Shown: positions 38,125-48,962 of the stretch, piece by piece | Layout: each line of letters opens with the position of its first letter | Numbering within the stretch: position 1 is the first letter of the stretch | NCBI GenBank assembly: GCA_020696385.1 | Contig: JAEHCQ010000004.1 | Coordinates: forward strand, 128,001 to 192,000 | DNA length: 64,000 nt | Reading direction: 5' to 3' | Source: Methanobacteriota archaeon | GTDB taxonomy: Archaea; Thermoplasmatota; Thermoplasmata; SG8-5; JAGLSY01 | Translations under genes and position numbers: made by a program | Notes under the pieces: model-generated | What the model was told of the DNA's origin: nothing | The model's input: only the letters and a program-made list of their open reading frames with translations | The model's database searches: none

Positions 38125-41022
38125 CTATTTTTCTAGTTCATCAAGCTCTTTCTGAACTTTATCAATATTTATTTGATCGCCCATTTTTTCATATTTTTCT
38201 TTGGACATATTTAAAAATTCAATAGACTGGCTCTTATCACCTTTCTTTTTCCACAAGAGGCCGAAATTATAGTAAAGGTCGGAGAGTTGATTGTGTTCGA
38301 GCTCTTCCATGATCTCTCGAGACATCTGTAGGTTCTCTTCTGATGTGTCCAGGTCATCCTGGGCCATGTATGCTGTACCAAGATTGAGATAGCTCATCCC
38401 CATGCCATCCTTGGTCTTGATCTCCTGGGAGACTTCCAAGGCGAGCTTGGCATTTTCCAGGGCATTATCTAGCTTACCCGATTTCAAATTCAATTCGCAC
38501 AGCCCGTTATAGCAGTAAATTATGATATATTTAAAGTCATATTTCAAGCAGATGTCCTTTGCTTCGGTCGTTATCTCAATGGCACGTTCGAACTCTTCTT
38601 TTATGTAATAGGCAACATTCATATTGACAAGAGAAATGGCCGCCCCTCGCATATCTCCTATCTGCTTCTCGATGCTCACACTCTGTTCAAGATAGGGAAT
38701 TGCATTATCCGCCTCTCCTCTTCCAAGATATACCGATCCAATATTGGCCAGGGTATTTGCTTCGCCCATCTTATTTCCAAGTTTCTTGGCAACCTCAATT
38801 GCTATTTCATAATATTCAAGGGCTTCCTTGTATTCACCCTTTCTGGCATACACATTCCCAATATTGTTTACGGTTGCTGATTCTCCAGATATATCGTTTA
38901 CCTCTCTTCGATGATCCAATGCCTTCTGTAGATTATTCAATGCCCCGTCGTAGTCTCCTTGATACAGAAGGGTCGATCCTAAGATGTGGTATATCCTCCC
39001 CAGCTCCCATTTATTCTTCAGTTTGTCAGCTATATCCAGGCTCTTTTTAAGTATGGACTTTGCCTCATCATAATCTCCCTTTCTCATTTCAATATTACCA
39101 AGGGTGGTGTACAGTTTCGTTTTTTCAATGCTGATATTGTCTGGTAGTAGTGAAAGTCCGATATTGCACTCATCCTTTCCACTATCGAACTCGCTCTTCT
39201 TCTCGAACACGTCAGCGATCTTCCTGTGGACATTCGCCCTGTGGCTGACATCATCTGATGCTTCACTAACCGCTCTGTATATACCGATAGAATCATCGAA
39301 ATCCCCGGTGACAGAATAAAGGTCACCAAGTCTTTCTTGCAAATTTATACTGGGTGTGTAATTCCTCATGGTGCTAATGGCCAGTGCTTTTCTGTAGAAC
39401 TCGATGGCCTGTTCAGGAGCGAATGTGCTCTCGGCTTTCTCTCCGGCCTTTATACAATAATCCAAAGCCTTTCTATGCTCATTGCTATTCGCAAAATGTC
39501 TGGCAAGATCATACAATACATCATCAACCCTGCTCTTGTAGGCCGATTCATAATATTCCCCAATGCTTTTGTGGTATGCCATTTTCCATCGATCAGTCAT
39601 GCTATTATACGTAACATTATGAAAAATAGCATGCGTAAATTCAGCATTCTCCTTGTCTATGACTATTATGCCAGAACTTTCAAGATTGCTGAGTGCCATT
39701 CGAGGGTCAACGATGGAGGGCAGGGAGCATACGACATCGCAATTGAACTCCTTTCCCATGCAGGAAGCGTATTCCGCAAGGGTCATGGCATCCAGATCCA
39801 GGCTCTGAAGCCTCTGGTGAACCACCCCCTCGACCGAGCTGGGTATGTTAATGCTAACTCTTTCCAGAACATAAGTGCCGTTTGATTCACTTATGTCTCC
39901 CTCCTCTTCCATATGCCAGAGTATCTCTTTCACAAAGAGGGGATTGCCCTCGCACTGTGATGAAAGATCTTCATAAAATGTTGATGGGAAGGAATTTTCA
40001 GGATAGAGATCATTCATAATGGAGGTTATACCATCACTGCCCAATCTGTCAAGTGCCAGTTCAGATATGGTCCCCTCTTCCTTCATTATCTTAAGCTTCG
40101 CCTCGAATGCTTCACCCTCTGCAGGTCTGGATGTTCCCACAATGAGGATATTTTCAAGTCCCACATTCCGAGCAAGATAGTTGAGAACGAAGAGAGATGA
40201 TTCATCCGCCCAGTGCAGATCCTCCAGGATAAGAAGTAATGGTTTTTCCTGTGTTCGAGCCTGCAAGGATGCCAGCACCTCATCCGCGATCCTTATCCTT
40301 TCATCATCCAGGTTGATGTTCTCTATGTCTCGACGCACCATGAATTTCGACTCGGCCAATAGCGTGATCTCATCCTGAACCTGCTTCATCTCGCCCATGC
40401 TTCCTGACCAATCTTTAAAGATCTGGTCATCCGCCTCGACGATCTCAAGGCAGATCTTCAGGGACGTTCTCATATCATTGTGTTCCGAACCCTTGAAGAC
40501 CGCGGTGAGAAATAAATGCTCTCCATGCTCGATCAATATGGTCATGTCCCCGTATTCCAGACGGCCAAGCCCTGATCTTTTATTGCCGGCATTGACGAAT
40601 GAGTCTCTTATGAAACCCTGTACCGCGGAAAGCATGCCTGCGAAAATATCTGCATCCATATCCCCTTCACCGGAGGATGCTTGGCCAACCAATAACCCCG
40701 CACTATCTACTGCAAAGATCTCTGTGAACTTTGTATATTCCTGATCTTGAAATAGAGATGAATCATCTCCCAATGCCTTTGAGAATATCTGAAATGGTAT
40801 CAGGGAATCTTCGCTTGCTGAGCCAGAAAGTATATCCATATTTTCATTACTGGCAATGGAGATCAATTCCTCAATAAGTCGGGTCTTACCGATCCCAGCT
40901 TCCCCCGATATCAGGATAGTGCTCCCAGAGCCTGCAGTCATATCATCCAAGCACTGCTGGAGCTGACCCATTTCGATTTCTCTTCCAAACAGCCCTCGAT
41001 CTAATGTTGGGTGATCTAACAT
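38125..41022 (-). CDS. STAND/AAA_16-type ATPase with inserted roadblock/longin-like domain and C-terminal TPR array
   Basis: LFGRE, GEAGIGKT, LEDLHWAD, GNPLF; DIFAGMLSAVQGFIRDSF insert; many TPRs. Confidence 0.85.
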   Translation of the reverse strand: MLDHPTLDRGLFGREIEMGQLQQCLDDMTAGSGSTILISGEAGIGKTRLIEELISIASNENMDILSGSASEDSLIPFQIFSKALGDDSSLFQDQEYTKFTEIFAVDSAGLLVGQASSGEGDMDADIFAGMLSAVQGFIRDSFVNAGNKRSGLGRLEYGDMTILIEHGEHLFLTAVFKGSEHNDMRTSLKICLEIVEADDQIFKDWSGSMGEMKQVQDEITLLAESKFMVRRDIENINLDDERIRIADEVLASLQARTQEKPLLLILEDLHWADESSLFVLNYLARNVGLENILIVGTSRPAEGEAFEAKLKIMKEEGTISELALDRLGSDGITSIMNDLYPENSFPSTFYEDLSSQCEGNPLFVKEILWHMEEEGDISESNGTYVLERVSINIPSSVEGVVHQRLQSLDLDAMTLAEYASCMGKEFNCDVVCSLPSIVDPRMALSNLESSGIIVIDKENAEFTHAIFHNVTYNSMTDRWKMAYHKSIGEYYESAYKSRVDDVLYDLARHFANSNEHRKALDYCIKAGEKAESTFAPEQAIEFYRKALAISTMRNYTPSINLQERLGDLYSVTGDFDDSIGIYRAVSEASDDVSHRANVHRKIADVFEKKSEFDSGKDECNIGLSLLPDNISIEKTKLYTTLGNIEMRKGDYDEAKSILKKSLDIADKLKNKWELGRIYHILGSTLLYQGDYDGALNNLQKALDHRREVNDISGESATVNNIGNVYARKGEYKEALEYYEIAIEVAKKLGNKMGEANTLANIGSVYLGRGEADNAIPYLEQSVSIEKQIGDMRGAAISLVNMNVAYYIKEEFERAIEITTEAKDICLKYDFKYIIIYCYNGLCELNLKSGKLDNALENAKLALEVSQEIKTKDGMGMSYLNLGTAYMAQDDLDTSEENLQMSREIMEELEHNQLSDLYYNFGLLWKKKGDKSQSIEFLNMSKEKYEKMGDQINIDKVQKELDELEK

Positions 41023-41079
41023 AGATTAACGTAATTGAAATTATACTTCATTAACGTTTGTACATTTCAACCATTGTGA

Positions 41080-44000
41080 TTATTTTTCCTCGTCAACGTC
41101 TGTTTCCTCGTTTGATGGTTCCTCAGAGTCTTCCTCTTCTTCAAGGTCTTCCTCGTCCTCTGGCTCTTCATCTTCTAGATCTTCTTCATCCTCATCAGAC
41201 TCTTCAGGATCTTCCTCTTCGGATGGCTCCTCAGAAACTTCCTCTTCATCATCATCATCCTTCTTGCGTCCAAGGATAAGGATCAATACAAGAACTACAA
41301 CGATTATGAGGAATATCCACCAATAATCGAGAATGCTGCCTTCGTCTTCGGCATCATCATCATCATCATCGTCACCAGTCGGTGTGTCATCGTCCACATC
41401 TGGAATGCCATCACCGTCATCATCAGTATCCTCATTGTCTCCAGTACCATCATCATCTGTGTCCGTATCCTCAGTTGCGTCATTCGGGAAGGCATCTGCA
41501 TTGTCGCCAGTTCCGTCTCCGTCCGTGTCTGTGTCTTCAGTTGCGTCATTCGGGAAGGCATCATCAACATCTGGCACACCATCTCCATCAGTGTCTATGG
41601 CAGTTGTATTGTCTGTTGGATCTGGTACACCGCTTCCCACTGTGATATTGAAGAATAAGCTGGCAATACCTCCATTTCCATCATCGACCTCCAGATGGAC
41701 CATGCTGGTAGAATTCATCGTTGGGGTCCCATTAACTATAAATGATGAAGTAAATGCGTTCGTTCCTATTGACAATGCGGAGTCCGGTGTCGTAATTGTT
41801 ACAGACATTATCAGTGTATCATTGTCCACATCGGTCACACCGATCACAAGATCATATTCCACACCAATAGTTCCTGCCGGGGCGGTGAAATCCTCGATAA
41901 CTGGAACATCATTGACATTTGTGACCGTCACGGTCACAATCGCATTCACAAGTAGCCCGCTGCCGTCTCCTATGGTGTAAGTGAATGTATCAATACCAAA
42001 GAAATCCGGATCTGGCACATATGTCACATTGAGCCCGGAATCGATTATCGCGACCGCGCCATTGGTTGGCTGGGTCACTGCAGATATGGTCAATGTGTCC
42101 CCATCTGGGTCACTGTCATTGTCCAGTACTTCTATCGTGGTTGCATCAGAGTCTTCGAGTACGGTTGCGGTATCATTGACCGCAACCGGTGCTTGATTGG
42201 TTGCAGTAACTGCCACAACGGTGACATTGACAGTCGCGGTATCCGAGCCACCGTTCCCATCGATGATCGTGTATGTGAAGGTGTCATTTCCACTAAAGTC
42301 AGCATCTGGTTCATATGACACATTGCCAGTTTCGAGCATCACTGTTCCGTCAGTTCCCTGGGTTATGGCATCAATGGTGAGGCTGTCGAGATCTATATCT
42401 CCATCATTTGCCAGAACGTCGATGTATATTATTCCACCATTTTCGTCCGCTGTGGCCGTGTCATCCACTGCCACAGGTGCATCATTCGTATTTGTGACTG
42501 TGACTGTCACTGTGGCCGTATCGGTAGCTCCATAAGCGTCTGTGATGGTGTACGTGAAGGTATTTATGCCATTGAAGTCCGCATCTGGTTCATATGCTAG
42601 GTCATCTGTTGTGAAGGTCACAGTACCATTGAGTGGTTGTGTCACACCAGTTATATTCAAAGGACCATCATCAATGTCATTTGCCAGCACATCAATGGTG
42701 TTCGCACCACTATCTTCAAGAACACTTGGCGCATCATTGACTGCCACTGGTGCTTGATTGGTAGATGTAAGCTCATAACCATCATTAGGATAAAGCCCCT
42801 CATCATATGTTGTGGCATTGACATTGACAGTACAGTTCATGATACCATTTGCCTGCACGGTCACATTTATCTCCCAGAATACTACCTGGCCCGGTGTCAT
42901 ATTGCCGATCTCCCATGATATATTACCCAGCCCCCAGAAGATCGTGGTTTGATTGGTAGACATATGCAATACCTCGGTAGGAAGATGAATGGTTGCATTG
43001 ACATCAATGGCATTGATCGTTCCATGATTGGTCACCGTGACATAGTAATGCAATGTATCGCTGACCATGACTGGATCGGCGGAATCCACTATCGTGATCT
43101 CCAGATCTGCTGAAGGTGGTGGTGTCAGGTATGCGTATGCCTGTAGGAATGGGTAAGTGTAGTTCTCGTGAATTCCCCAAATGCTTGTGAAGTCCCAGTT
43201 CGTGAATGTAGCTTGCATCATCATCTCAGTTGTGTTATAGGGAGTGATATCGGGAGCAGGTCCTCCTCCAATTACTCCAATTTCGATATCTGTGCCAGAT
43301 GTTTGATTGTCAAAATAACAGTCATTGATACCTCCATTTCCACGATATCCGATGAACCCACCGACTTCTGGAAGAGTTCCCGAGGCATTACCTGTGGAGT
43401 AAGATGTAAAAACACCATTATAGTTCTGGCCTATAAGACCACCAACATTCTGTAGGCCGATCACATCACCTTGTGCATAGCAATCTGTCACAGAGCTACC
43501 CCATTTGTTGCCTACCAGACCTCCAGCATTATCGCCTGTGGCAGTTACATCTCCAAGAGCGAATGATTGTGATATCTCAATATCTGAATAGCCACATAAG
43601 CCACCCACATCATCAACTCCATAGACATTCCCGGTAGCGTAAGACAAGGTGACGGTTCCGATCGTGTAGCCGATAAGACCTCCATGGCCGATTCCTCCGG
43701 ATGAGCCCACATCGCCAGTAGCATGGGACATGTTCACACCTCCTGTATTGTATCCTAAGAGTCCGCCCACATCGTCATTGCTTCCATTGACCATTCCATG
43801 GGCTGAGCATCCATAAATATCTGCATCATTATTCGCAATGAGCCCGGCTACTCCAGTGGTTCCATTTACATCTCCATAGGCTGTGCTATTATTGATTGTG
43901 ATGGTATTTGTCGTTGTCTCTCCTATGAGTCCGCCCACATCTGTTGTGCCTGTAGTGTATCCATATGTGGTGCAGCTTTCAACCAGCCCATCGGTCATCC

Positions 44001-45009
44001 AACCGATAAGACCTCCTACATTTCCACCAGAGCCAGTAGTGGTTCCTGAGGTCGTGCAGTTAATTATGCCACTGTTGGATGCTCCGATAATCCCTCCCAA
44101 ATATCCCAGGCCACTTAATTGAATATCTGATGTTGTGTTAAGAATGTTAGTATTGGCAAAGGACTGTCCAACAGCCCCGCCAGCATATGATGTTGTGCTT
44201 GAGAAGGTGCCACTTACCTGGCAGTTCTCCAAAAGGGCTCCATTGTTCATGAACCCTATCAGGCCGCCTGCATTGCTTCCAGTTGCGCTGGCATAAACAT
44301 CTGCGCTTGACATTTTTACCGTACCGCCAGTTCGTCCAATTATACCGCCCAGGAATTGATTTCCTGTTAAATTGAGCCTGGTCTGGCAGTTAATTATGTC
44401 AAGGACCGGATCAGCATATCCTCCAATGCCGCCTAAGTAATCTATACCTGTGATATCTCCGTAAACAACACAGTTCTCGATGATATCTGCCAGGCAGTAT
44501 CCTCCTATACCTGCGGTGTAGTTCTTGCCTGTGATATCAACACCATAAAGGGTCAGGTTCTTGACTATCGAGCCGACAGCCATCCCTCCGAATAGAGCCT
44601 GATAACTGCTGGTTCTGTTCATGAACAATCCATATATATCAAATCCCATGCCATCCAGAGAGCCAGAGAATAGAGGTCCTTCATGTGTTATCTCTGTTGA
44701 ATTGACCGTGTCATATGCGATAGGAACGAACCCCTCGTACGCTCCGGAGGTCCCATTAAGGTTCCATCCGGTCGTTTCCGTAGCGATGATATCATTTCCC
44801 AGTGCATAATGCGCTGTGAGATCATCACTCATATTTTGGAGCTCCCATACATTCTCGATAATGTATGGATCTCCAATAGAACCAGTACCTCCAGCAAAAG
44901 GACTTTCCTCATGTCCAGTTTCCCCAGAAGTTCCTGGCATCAAAACTACGCTCAAAGATACTGTGCTCATCAATATTGCTAATGCAATCGCTGTAATTTT
45001 TCCTCTCAT
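41080..45009 (-). CDS. Large membrane-anchored surface protein: GLUG repeats, DUF11, tandem Ig/cadherin-like repeats, TSP3-like Ca-binding repeats, TM, acidic tail
   Basis: GGTGS.GDPYII, repeated VGGLIG, NxAPVAVND...IDVLAND, DTDGDG.PD..DAFP, WWIFLIIVVVLVLILIL. Confidence 0.88.
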   Translation of the reverse strand: MRGKITAIALAILMSTVSLSVVLMPGTSGETGHEESPFAGGTGSIGDPYIIENVWELQNMSDDLTAHYALGNDIIATETTGWNLNGTSGAYEGFVPIAYDTVNSTEITHEGPLFSGSLDGMGFDIYGLFMNRTSSYQALFGGMAVGSIVKNLTLYGVDITGKNYTAGIGGYCLADIIENCVVYGDITGIDYLGGIGGYADPVLDIINCQTRLNLTGNQFLGGIIGRTGGTVKMSSADVYASATGSNAGGLIGFMNNGALLENCQVSGTFSSTTSYAGGAVGQSFANTNILNTTSDIQLSGLGYLGGIIGASNSGIINCTTSGTTTGSGGNVGGLIGWMTDGLVESCTTYGYTTGTTDVGGLIGETTTNTITINNSTAYGDVNGTTGVAGLIANNDADIYGCSAHGMVNGSNDDVGGLLGYNTGGVNMSHATGDVGSSGGIGHGGLIGYTIGTVTLSYATGNVYGVDDVGGLCGYSDIEISQSFALGDVTATGDNAGGLVGNKWGSSVTDCYAQGDVIGLQNVGGLIGQNYNGVFTSYSTGNASGTLPEVGGFIGYRGNGGINDCYFDNQTSGTDIEIGVIGGGPAPDITPYNTTEMMMQATFTNWDFTSIWGIHENYTYPFLQAYAYLTPPPSADLEITIVDSADPVMVSDTLHYYVTVTNHGTINAIDVNATIHLPTEVLHMSTNQTTIFWGLGNISWEIGNMTPGQVVFWEINVTVQANGIMNCTVNVNATTYDEGLYPNDGYELTSTNQAPVAVNDAPSVLEDSGANTIDVLANDIDDGPLNITGVTQPLNGTVTFTTDDLAYEPDADFNGINTFTYTITDAYGATDTATVTVTVTNTNDAPVAVDDTATADENGGIIYIDVLANDGDIDLDSLTIDAITQGTDGTVMLETGNVSYEPDADFSGNDTFTYTIIDGNGGSDTATVNVTVVAVTATNQAPVAVNDTATVLEDSDATTIEVLDNDSDPDGDTLTISAVTQPTNGAVAIIDSGLNVTYVPDPDFFGIDTFTYTIGDGSGLLVNAIVTVTVTNVNDVPVIEDFTAPAGTIGVEYDLVIGVTDVDNDTLIMSVTITTPDSALSIGTNAFTSSFIVNGTPTMNSTSMVHLEVDDGNGGIASLFFNITVGSGVPDPTDNTTAIDTDGDGVPDVDDAFPNDATEDTDTDGDGTGDNADAFPNDATEDTDTDDDGTGDNEDTDDDGDGIPDVDDDTPTGDDDDDDDAEDEGSILDYWWIFLIIVVVLVLILILGRKKDDDDEEEVSEEPSEEEDPEESDEDEEDLEDEEPEDEEDLEEEEDSEEPSNEETDVDEEK

Positions 45010-45168
45010 ATCAAACACACCCTCGCTTGTGTTACCTATTAATTAGATAAAGTAGAGGATATTTCTCATATGTGATAAAGGTTATCTAAACAATGTTATA
45101 GCTTTTAGATCTAAATTTTGCCCTAAAGTTTATGAAATGCAAATCATTGTCCGGGCTTGGAGATATAC

Positions 45169-46815
45169 ATGACCGAGTACAAGGCCCCGAGAGGAAATGA
45201 CATCACCTGCGAGAACTGGCGCATCGAAGCCATACTGAGAACACTCCATAATAATCTGGAGAATGCGGAGAGACCGGATGACCTCATCATCTATGGTGGG
45301 ACAGGAAAAGCCGCCCGCAACCACGAATCACTGGCTGCCATAATCCGCTCTCTCAGAGGCTTGAAATCTGATGAGACCCTTCTTATCCAATCAGGCAAGC
45401 CAGTCGGCATATTCCGAACCTTCGAGAATTCCCCTCGTGTACTCATCGCCAACTCCAATCTGGTTGGTAATTGGTCCAATTGGGAGCATTTCAATGAGCT
45501 GGAAGCAAAGGGTCTGATGATGTATGGCCAGATGACTGCCGGCTCCTGGTGTTATATCGGGACTCAGGGCATTATACAGGGTACTTATGAGACATTTGCC
45601 GCCCTCGCGGACAAGCATTATGGTGGTTCCTTCGAAGGCAAGTTCTGCCTAACTGGCGGTATGGGCGGTATGGGAGGAGCTCAACCTCTGTCCATCAAGA
45701 TGGCTGGCGGTGTCGGCCTGGTCGTGGAAGTGGATGAATCCCGCATTCAAAGACGATTGAACGCGGGCTTTTGCGACGTCATGGTGAAGGATCTGAACGA
45801 GGCACTGGCTCTTGTAGATCTGGCAAGGAAAGAAGGCAAAGCCACATCCATCGGTCTGCTGGGCAATGCAGCTGATATATTCCCCGAGATGGTCAAGCGG
45901 GGCATAGTGCCGGATGTCGTAACGGATCAGACATCTGCTCATGACGAATTGAACGGTTATGTGCCAAAGGGTTACTGGGGAGCCACCCTTGAAAAAGCCG
46001 ATGAACTGAGAAAGAACAATCCGGAGCAATACAAATCTGAATCAATGCAGTCGATGAAAGAGCACTGCAAGGCGATGGTGGACTTCCAGAAGATGGGGTC
46101 AGTTGTCTTCGATTATGGAAATAATCTGAGAGGCCAGGCAAAGAAAGCTGGACTCCAGGACGCATTCGCTTATCCGGGCTTCGTGCTGGCATATGTGCGC
46201 CCGCTGTTCTGCGAAGGAAGAGGGCCATTCAGGTGGATCGCACTAACTGGCAATGCGGAGGACATTCTCAAGACCGACAGGGCGATAAAAGCCACTTTCC
46301 CTGACAATAAACTTTTGATGAACTGGATCGACCTGGCAGAGGAACACCTGCCATGGGAAGGCCTGCCCGCGAGAGTATGCTGGCTTGGCTACGGGGAAAG
46401 AATGAAATTCGCGCTTATCATGAATAAAATGGTCCGAGACAAGGAGATCGGGCCGATAGCTATCACGAGGGATCATCTGGACTCCGGTTCGGTAGCATCT
46501 CCGAACCGTGAAACTGAAGGCATGAAGGACGGGACCGATGCGGTGGCAGACTGGCCGCTGCTAAGCGCTCTAATAAACGCCTCCGCGGGAGCGGACATGG
46601 TCGCACTGCACAATGGCGGAGGAGTAGGAATTGGACTCAGCCAGCACAGCGGGATGATAGTTGTTTGCGATGGCACAGAAGACACGGACGAGCGCATAAA
46701 ACGAGTATTCACGACAGATCCCGGCATGGGAGTCATAAGACACGCGGATGCGGGGTACGAGATCGCGATAAGAACGGCCAAGGAAAAAGGTGTTAGAATT
46801 CCGATGCTGGAATAA
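45169..46815 (+). CDS. hutU: Urocanate hydratase
   Basis: YGGTGKAAR, QSGKPVG, YGQMTAGSW.YIGTQGI, GRGPFRW, RDHLDSGSVASPNRETE. Confidence 0.97.
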   Translation: MTEYKAPRGNDITCENWRIEAILRTLHNNLENAERPDDLIIYGGTGKAARNHESLAAIIRSLRGLKSDETLLIQSGKPVGIFRTFENSPRVLIANSNLVGNWSNWEHFNELEAKGLMMYGQMTAGSWCYIGTQGIIQGTYETFAALADKHYGGSFEGKFCLTGGMGGMGGAQPLSIKMAGGVGLVVEVDESRIQRRLNAGFCDVMVKDLNEALALVDLARKEGKATSIGLLGNAADIFPEMVKRGIVPDVVTDQTSAHDELNGYVPKGYWGATLEKADELRKNNPEQYKSESMQSMKEHCKAMVDFQKMGSVVFDYGNNLRGQAKKAGLQDAFAYPGFVLAYVRPLFCEGRGPFRWIALTGNAEDILKTDRAIKATFPDNKLLMNWIDLAEEHLPWEGLPARVCWLGYGERMKFALIMNKMVRDKEIGPIAITRDHLDSGSVASPNRETEGMKDGTDAVADWPLLSALINASAGADMVALHNGGGVGIGLSQHSGMIVVCDGTEDTDERIKRVFTTDPGMGVIRHADAGYEIAIRTAKEKGVRIPMLE

Positions 46816-46866
46816 GTATATTCTATGCATTATAATTCCAGCAGTATGTCAGTATTTTCCCAACGG

Positions 46867-47003
46867 CATGCCCCGTCTGGATGATTCATAGATAATTCAT
46901 TAGGGCGGGGTACTATATTCAATGAGGATTCAAGTGACAGTCACAGAGTGCTCTGATATTCGGAACCCCGTCAGGAGTTCAACGATGGGCGGGGGGGTCA
47001 CTC
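46867..47003 (+). repeat. Structured intergenic repeat family 1, copy C
   Basis: Conserved blocks; shares GTGACAGTCACAGAGTGCTCTGATA with copy A. Confidence 0.85.
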
Positions 47004-47023
47004 TTTCTGAAGCCCCAAAACAC

Positions 47024-47070
47024 GCCACCATCCGCCCCCGCCCTCACTGGGACATTGAATTCACCCACCC
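47024..47070 (-). repeat. G-tract motif (family 5), copy 2
   Basis: Matches 19209-19255. Confidence 0.75.
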
Positions 47071-47113
47071 ACGTTTGAGAGGATTGGAAGAATTGAAGAA
47101 ATTATAACTACAC

Positions 47114-48031
47114 CTATTCCTCAGAATACCCGATCTTGAACTCAGAAAAATCCTCTGCCACAACCACATTTTCAAAGGTCGTTTTCGCATCAGCCAGAAC
47201 TATATCTCCACCATCGTATCTTGGGCTGATGTGAGTTAAGATAAGCATCTTTACTCCGGCATCCCTGGCGATCTCCGCCGCCTGTTTCGCGGTCGAATGG
47301 CCATATTCATTGGCCTTCTGTTCAAGGGTTGTATCGGCTGTCGCCTCGTGTATCAGGACATCCGCATCCTTCGCAAGCTCCTGGATGATATTGCTGGGGC
47401 CAGTATCTCCCGAATAAACGATCTTCAAACCTTTTCTGGGCGGGCCGAGGACCATGTCCGGTGTGAAGGTCTTGCCGTCATGCTCCACTGTCTTGCCCTG
47501 CTGGAGCTGGCTGAATAATTTTCCCTCTGGAATGCCAAGCTTCAGAGCCTTTGGTTTATCGAATTTCCCAGGCCGTGGATGCTCTTCCAAGGAGTAGGCC
47601 AGTGCGGGAATCGAGTGGTTCGCCTCGGCCACTCTGATCAAGTACCCGTCATCCTCGAAATCCAGTTCATCACCAGGATCGACATCGTGGAGTTTGATCG
47701 CGTATTTTGATTCGAAATACCCCTGCTCAAGAAGTACCCGGACAGTTTCAATCGTCCCCTCTGGTCCGTAGACTTCGAGTGGAGCCTCACGGTTGTTCAA
47801 TGACATGGACTGGATCAATCCCGGCAGTCCGAGAAAATGATCTCCATGGAAATGAGTGATGAATATGCGCTTTATCTGCATGAATGACACCGACGAGATC
47901 ATGAGCTGGCGCTGGGTCCCCTCTCCGCAATCAAAGAGAATGATCTCCTTACCTCTCTTGACAGCCAGTGCTGAAACATTACGATCTGGTGACGGCCAAC
48001 TTCCTCCGGTTCCGAGAAATACTATCTGCAT
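47114..48031 (-). CDS. rnz: Ribonuclease Z
   Basis: FLGTGG..P, FDCGEGTQRQ, THFHGDH, GP exosite, SGDT, HEAT, HST, THISPRY. Confidence 0.95.
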   Translation of the reverse strand: MQIVFLGTGGSWPSPDRNVSALAVKRGKEIILFDCGEGTQRQLMISSVSFMQIKRIFITHFHGDHFLGLPGLIQSMSLNNREAPLEVYGPEGTIETVRVLLEQGYFESKYAIKLHDVDPGDELDFEDDGYLIRVAEANHSIPALAYSLEEHPRPGKFDKPKALKLGIPEGKLFSQLQQGKTVEHDGKTFTPDMVLGPPRKGLKIVYSGDTGPSNIIQELAKDADVLIHEATADTTLEQKANEYGHSTAKQAAEIARDAGVKMLILTHISPRYDGGDIVLADAKTTFENVVVAEDFSEFKIGYSEE

Positions 48032-48173
48032 GCTGGTTTGAAAGATAAGGCAAGTTATAAGTTTTATGCAGGATGTCACTCCTGGTTTCGTCCTAAACTC
48101 CCACCCTTGCGCCCCTGCATTGCTGAGTGGATACCATATTATAGACTACTTGTCTTATCACTCTTGTGGGATT

Positions 48174-48962
48174 ATGATGGAAGAGGAAACTAAATTTATC
48201 AAACTGAAAAAGTTCAACATGTTCATGGGAATACTGCATTTGATCCAGGGTGCATTGATGCTGGTCTTGAGCAATGATTTTACATTGCCAGTGACAAGAA
48301 GTTATCTTAAAGCTGCAGCAGGCTCCGGCATTGGAGGTGGAATGCCTCAACTGATCCAGGCAAATGTTGTGCTATTTGATGTCTGGATAGGACCCTTAGT
48401 GGCATCATTCCTATTTATATCTGGAATTGCACATTTGCTGATCTCTACAGTCCTCTTTGATAAATACAAGGTAGGCTTGATCAGGGGTCAGAACCGCTTC
48501 AGATGGTATGAGTATGCGGTAAGTTCCTCGGTCATGATTGTTGTGATCAGTATGCTCGTTGGAATAACGGATATCGGTACGCTGATGCTGGCATTCTTCC
48601 TGAACATGATGATGATCTTATTCGGGCTCATCATGGAAGTGGTGAACGAGAAACGGGGGAAACTTTACTGGGCACCCTTCTGGTTTGGCTGTATTGCCGG
48701 AGCAATTCCATGGGTGGTGATCTTCATTTGGCTTTTTGGAGCTGGTGGTGATGGCGGTGGTCCTCCAACATTTGTTTATTACATATTTCTGAGCATGGGC
48801 GTATTCTTCAATACCTTTGCATTAAACATGTGGCTTCAGTATGCTAAAAAGGGTAAATGGGCCGATTATTTGTACGGTGAGAGGATGTATATTATTCTCA
48901 GCTTGGTAGCAAAATCATTGTTGGCATGGCAAGTATTTGCAGGAACCCTGAGACCGGCTTAA
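48174..48962 (+). CDS. Heliorhodopsin
   Basis: HLIQ, AH, NRFRWYEY..SSSVM, GERMYIILSLVAKSLLAWQVF (retinal Lys in SxxAK). Confidence 0.95.
   Translation: MMEEETKFIKLKKFNMFMGILHLIQGALMLVLSNDFTLPVTRSYLKAAAGSGIGGGMPQLIQANVVLFDVWIGPLVASFLFISGIAHLLISTVLFDKYKVGLIRGQNRFRWYEYAVSSSVMIVVISMLVGITDIGTLMLAFFLNMMMILFGLIMEVVNEKRGKLYWAPFWFGCIAGAIPWVVIFIWLFGAGGDGGGPPTFVYYIFLSMGVFFNTFALNMWLQYAKKGKWADYLYGERMYIILSLVAKSLLAWQVFAGTLRPA

Noticed and set aside
41330-42760. Nucleotide repeats and long antisense ORFs in the second surface protein
   Set aside because: Explained by TSP3-like and Ig-like protein repeats
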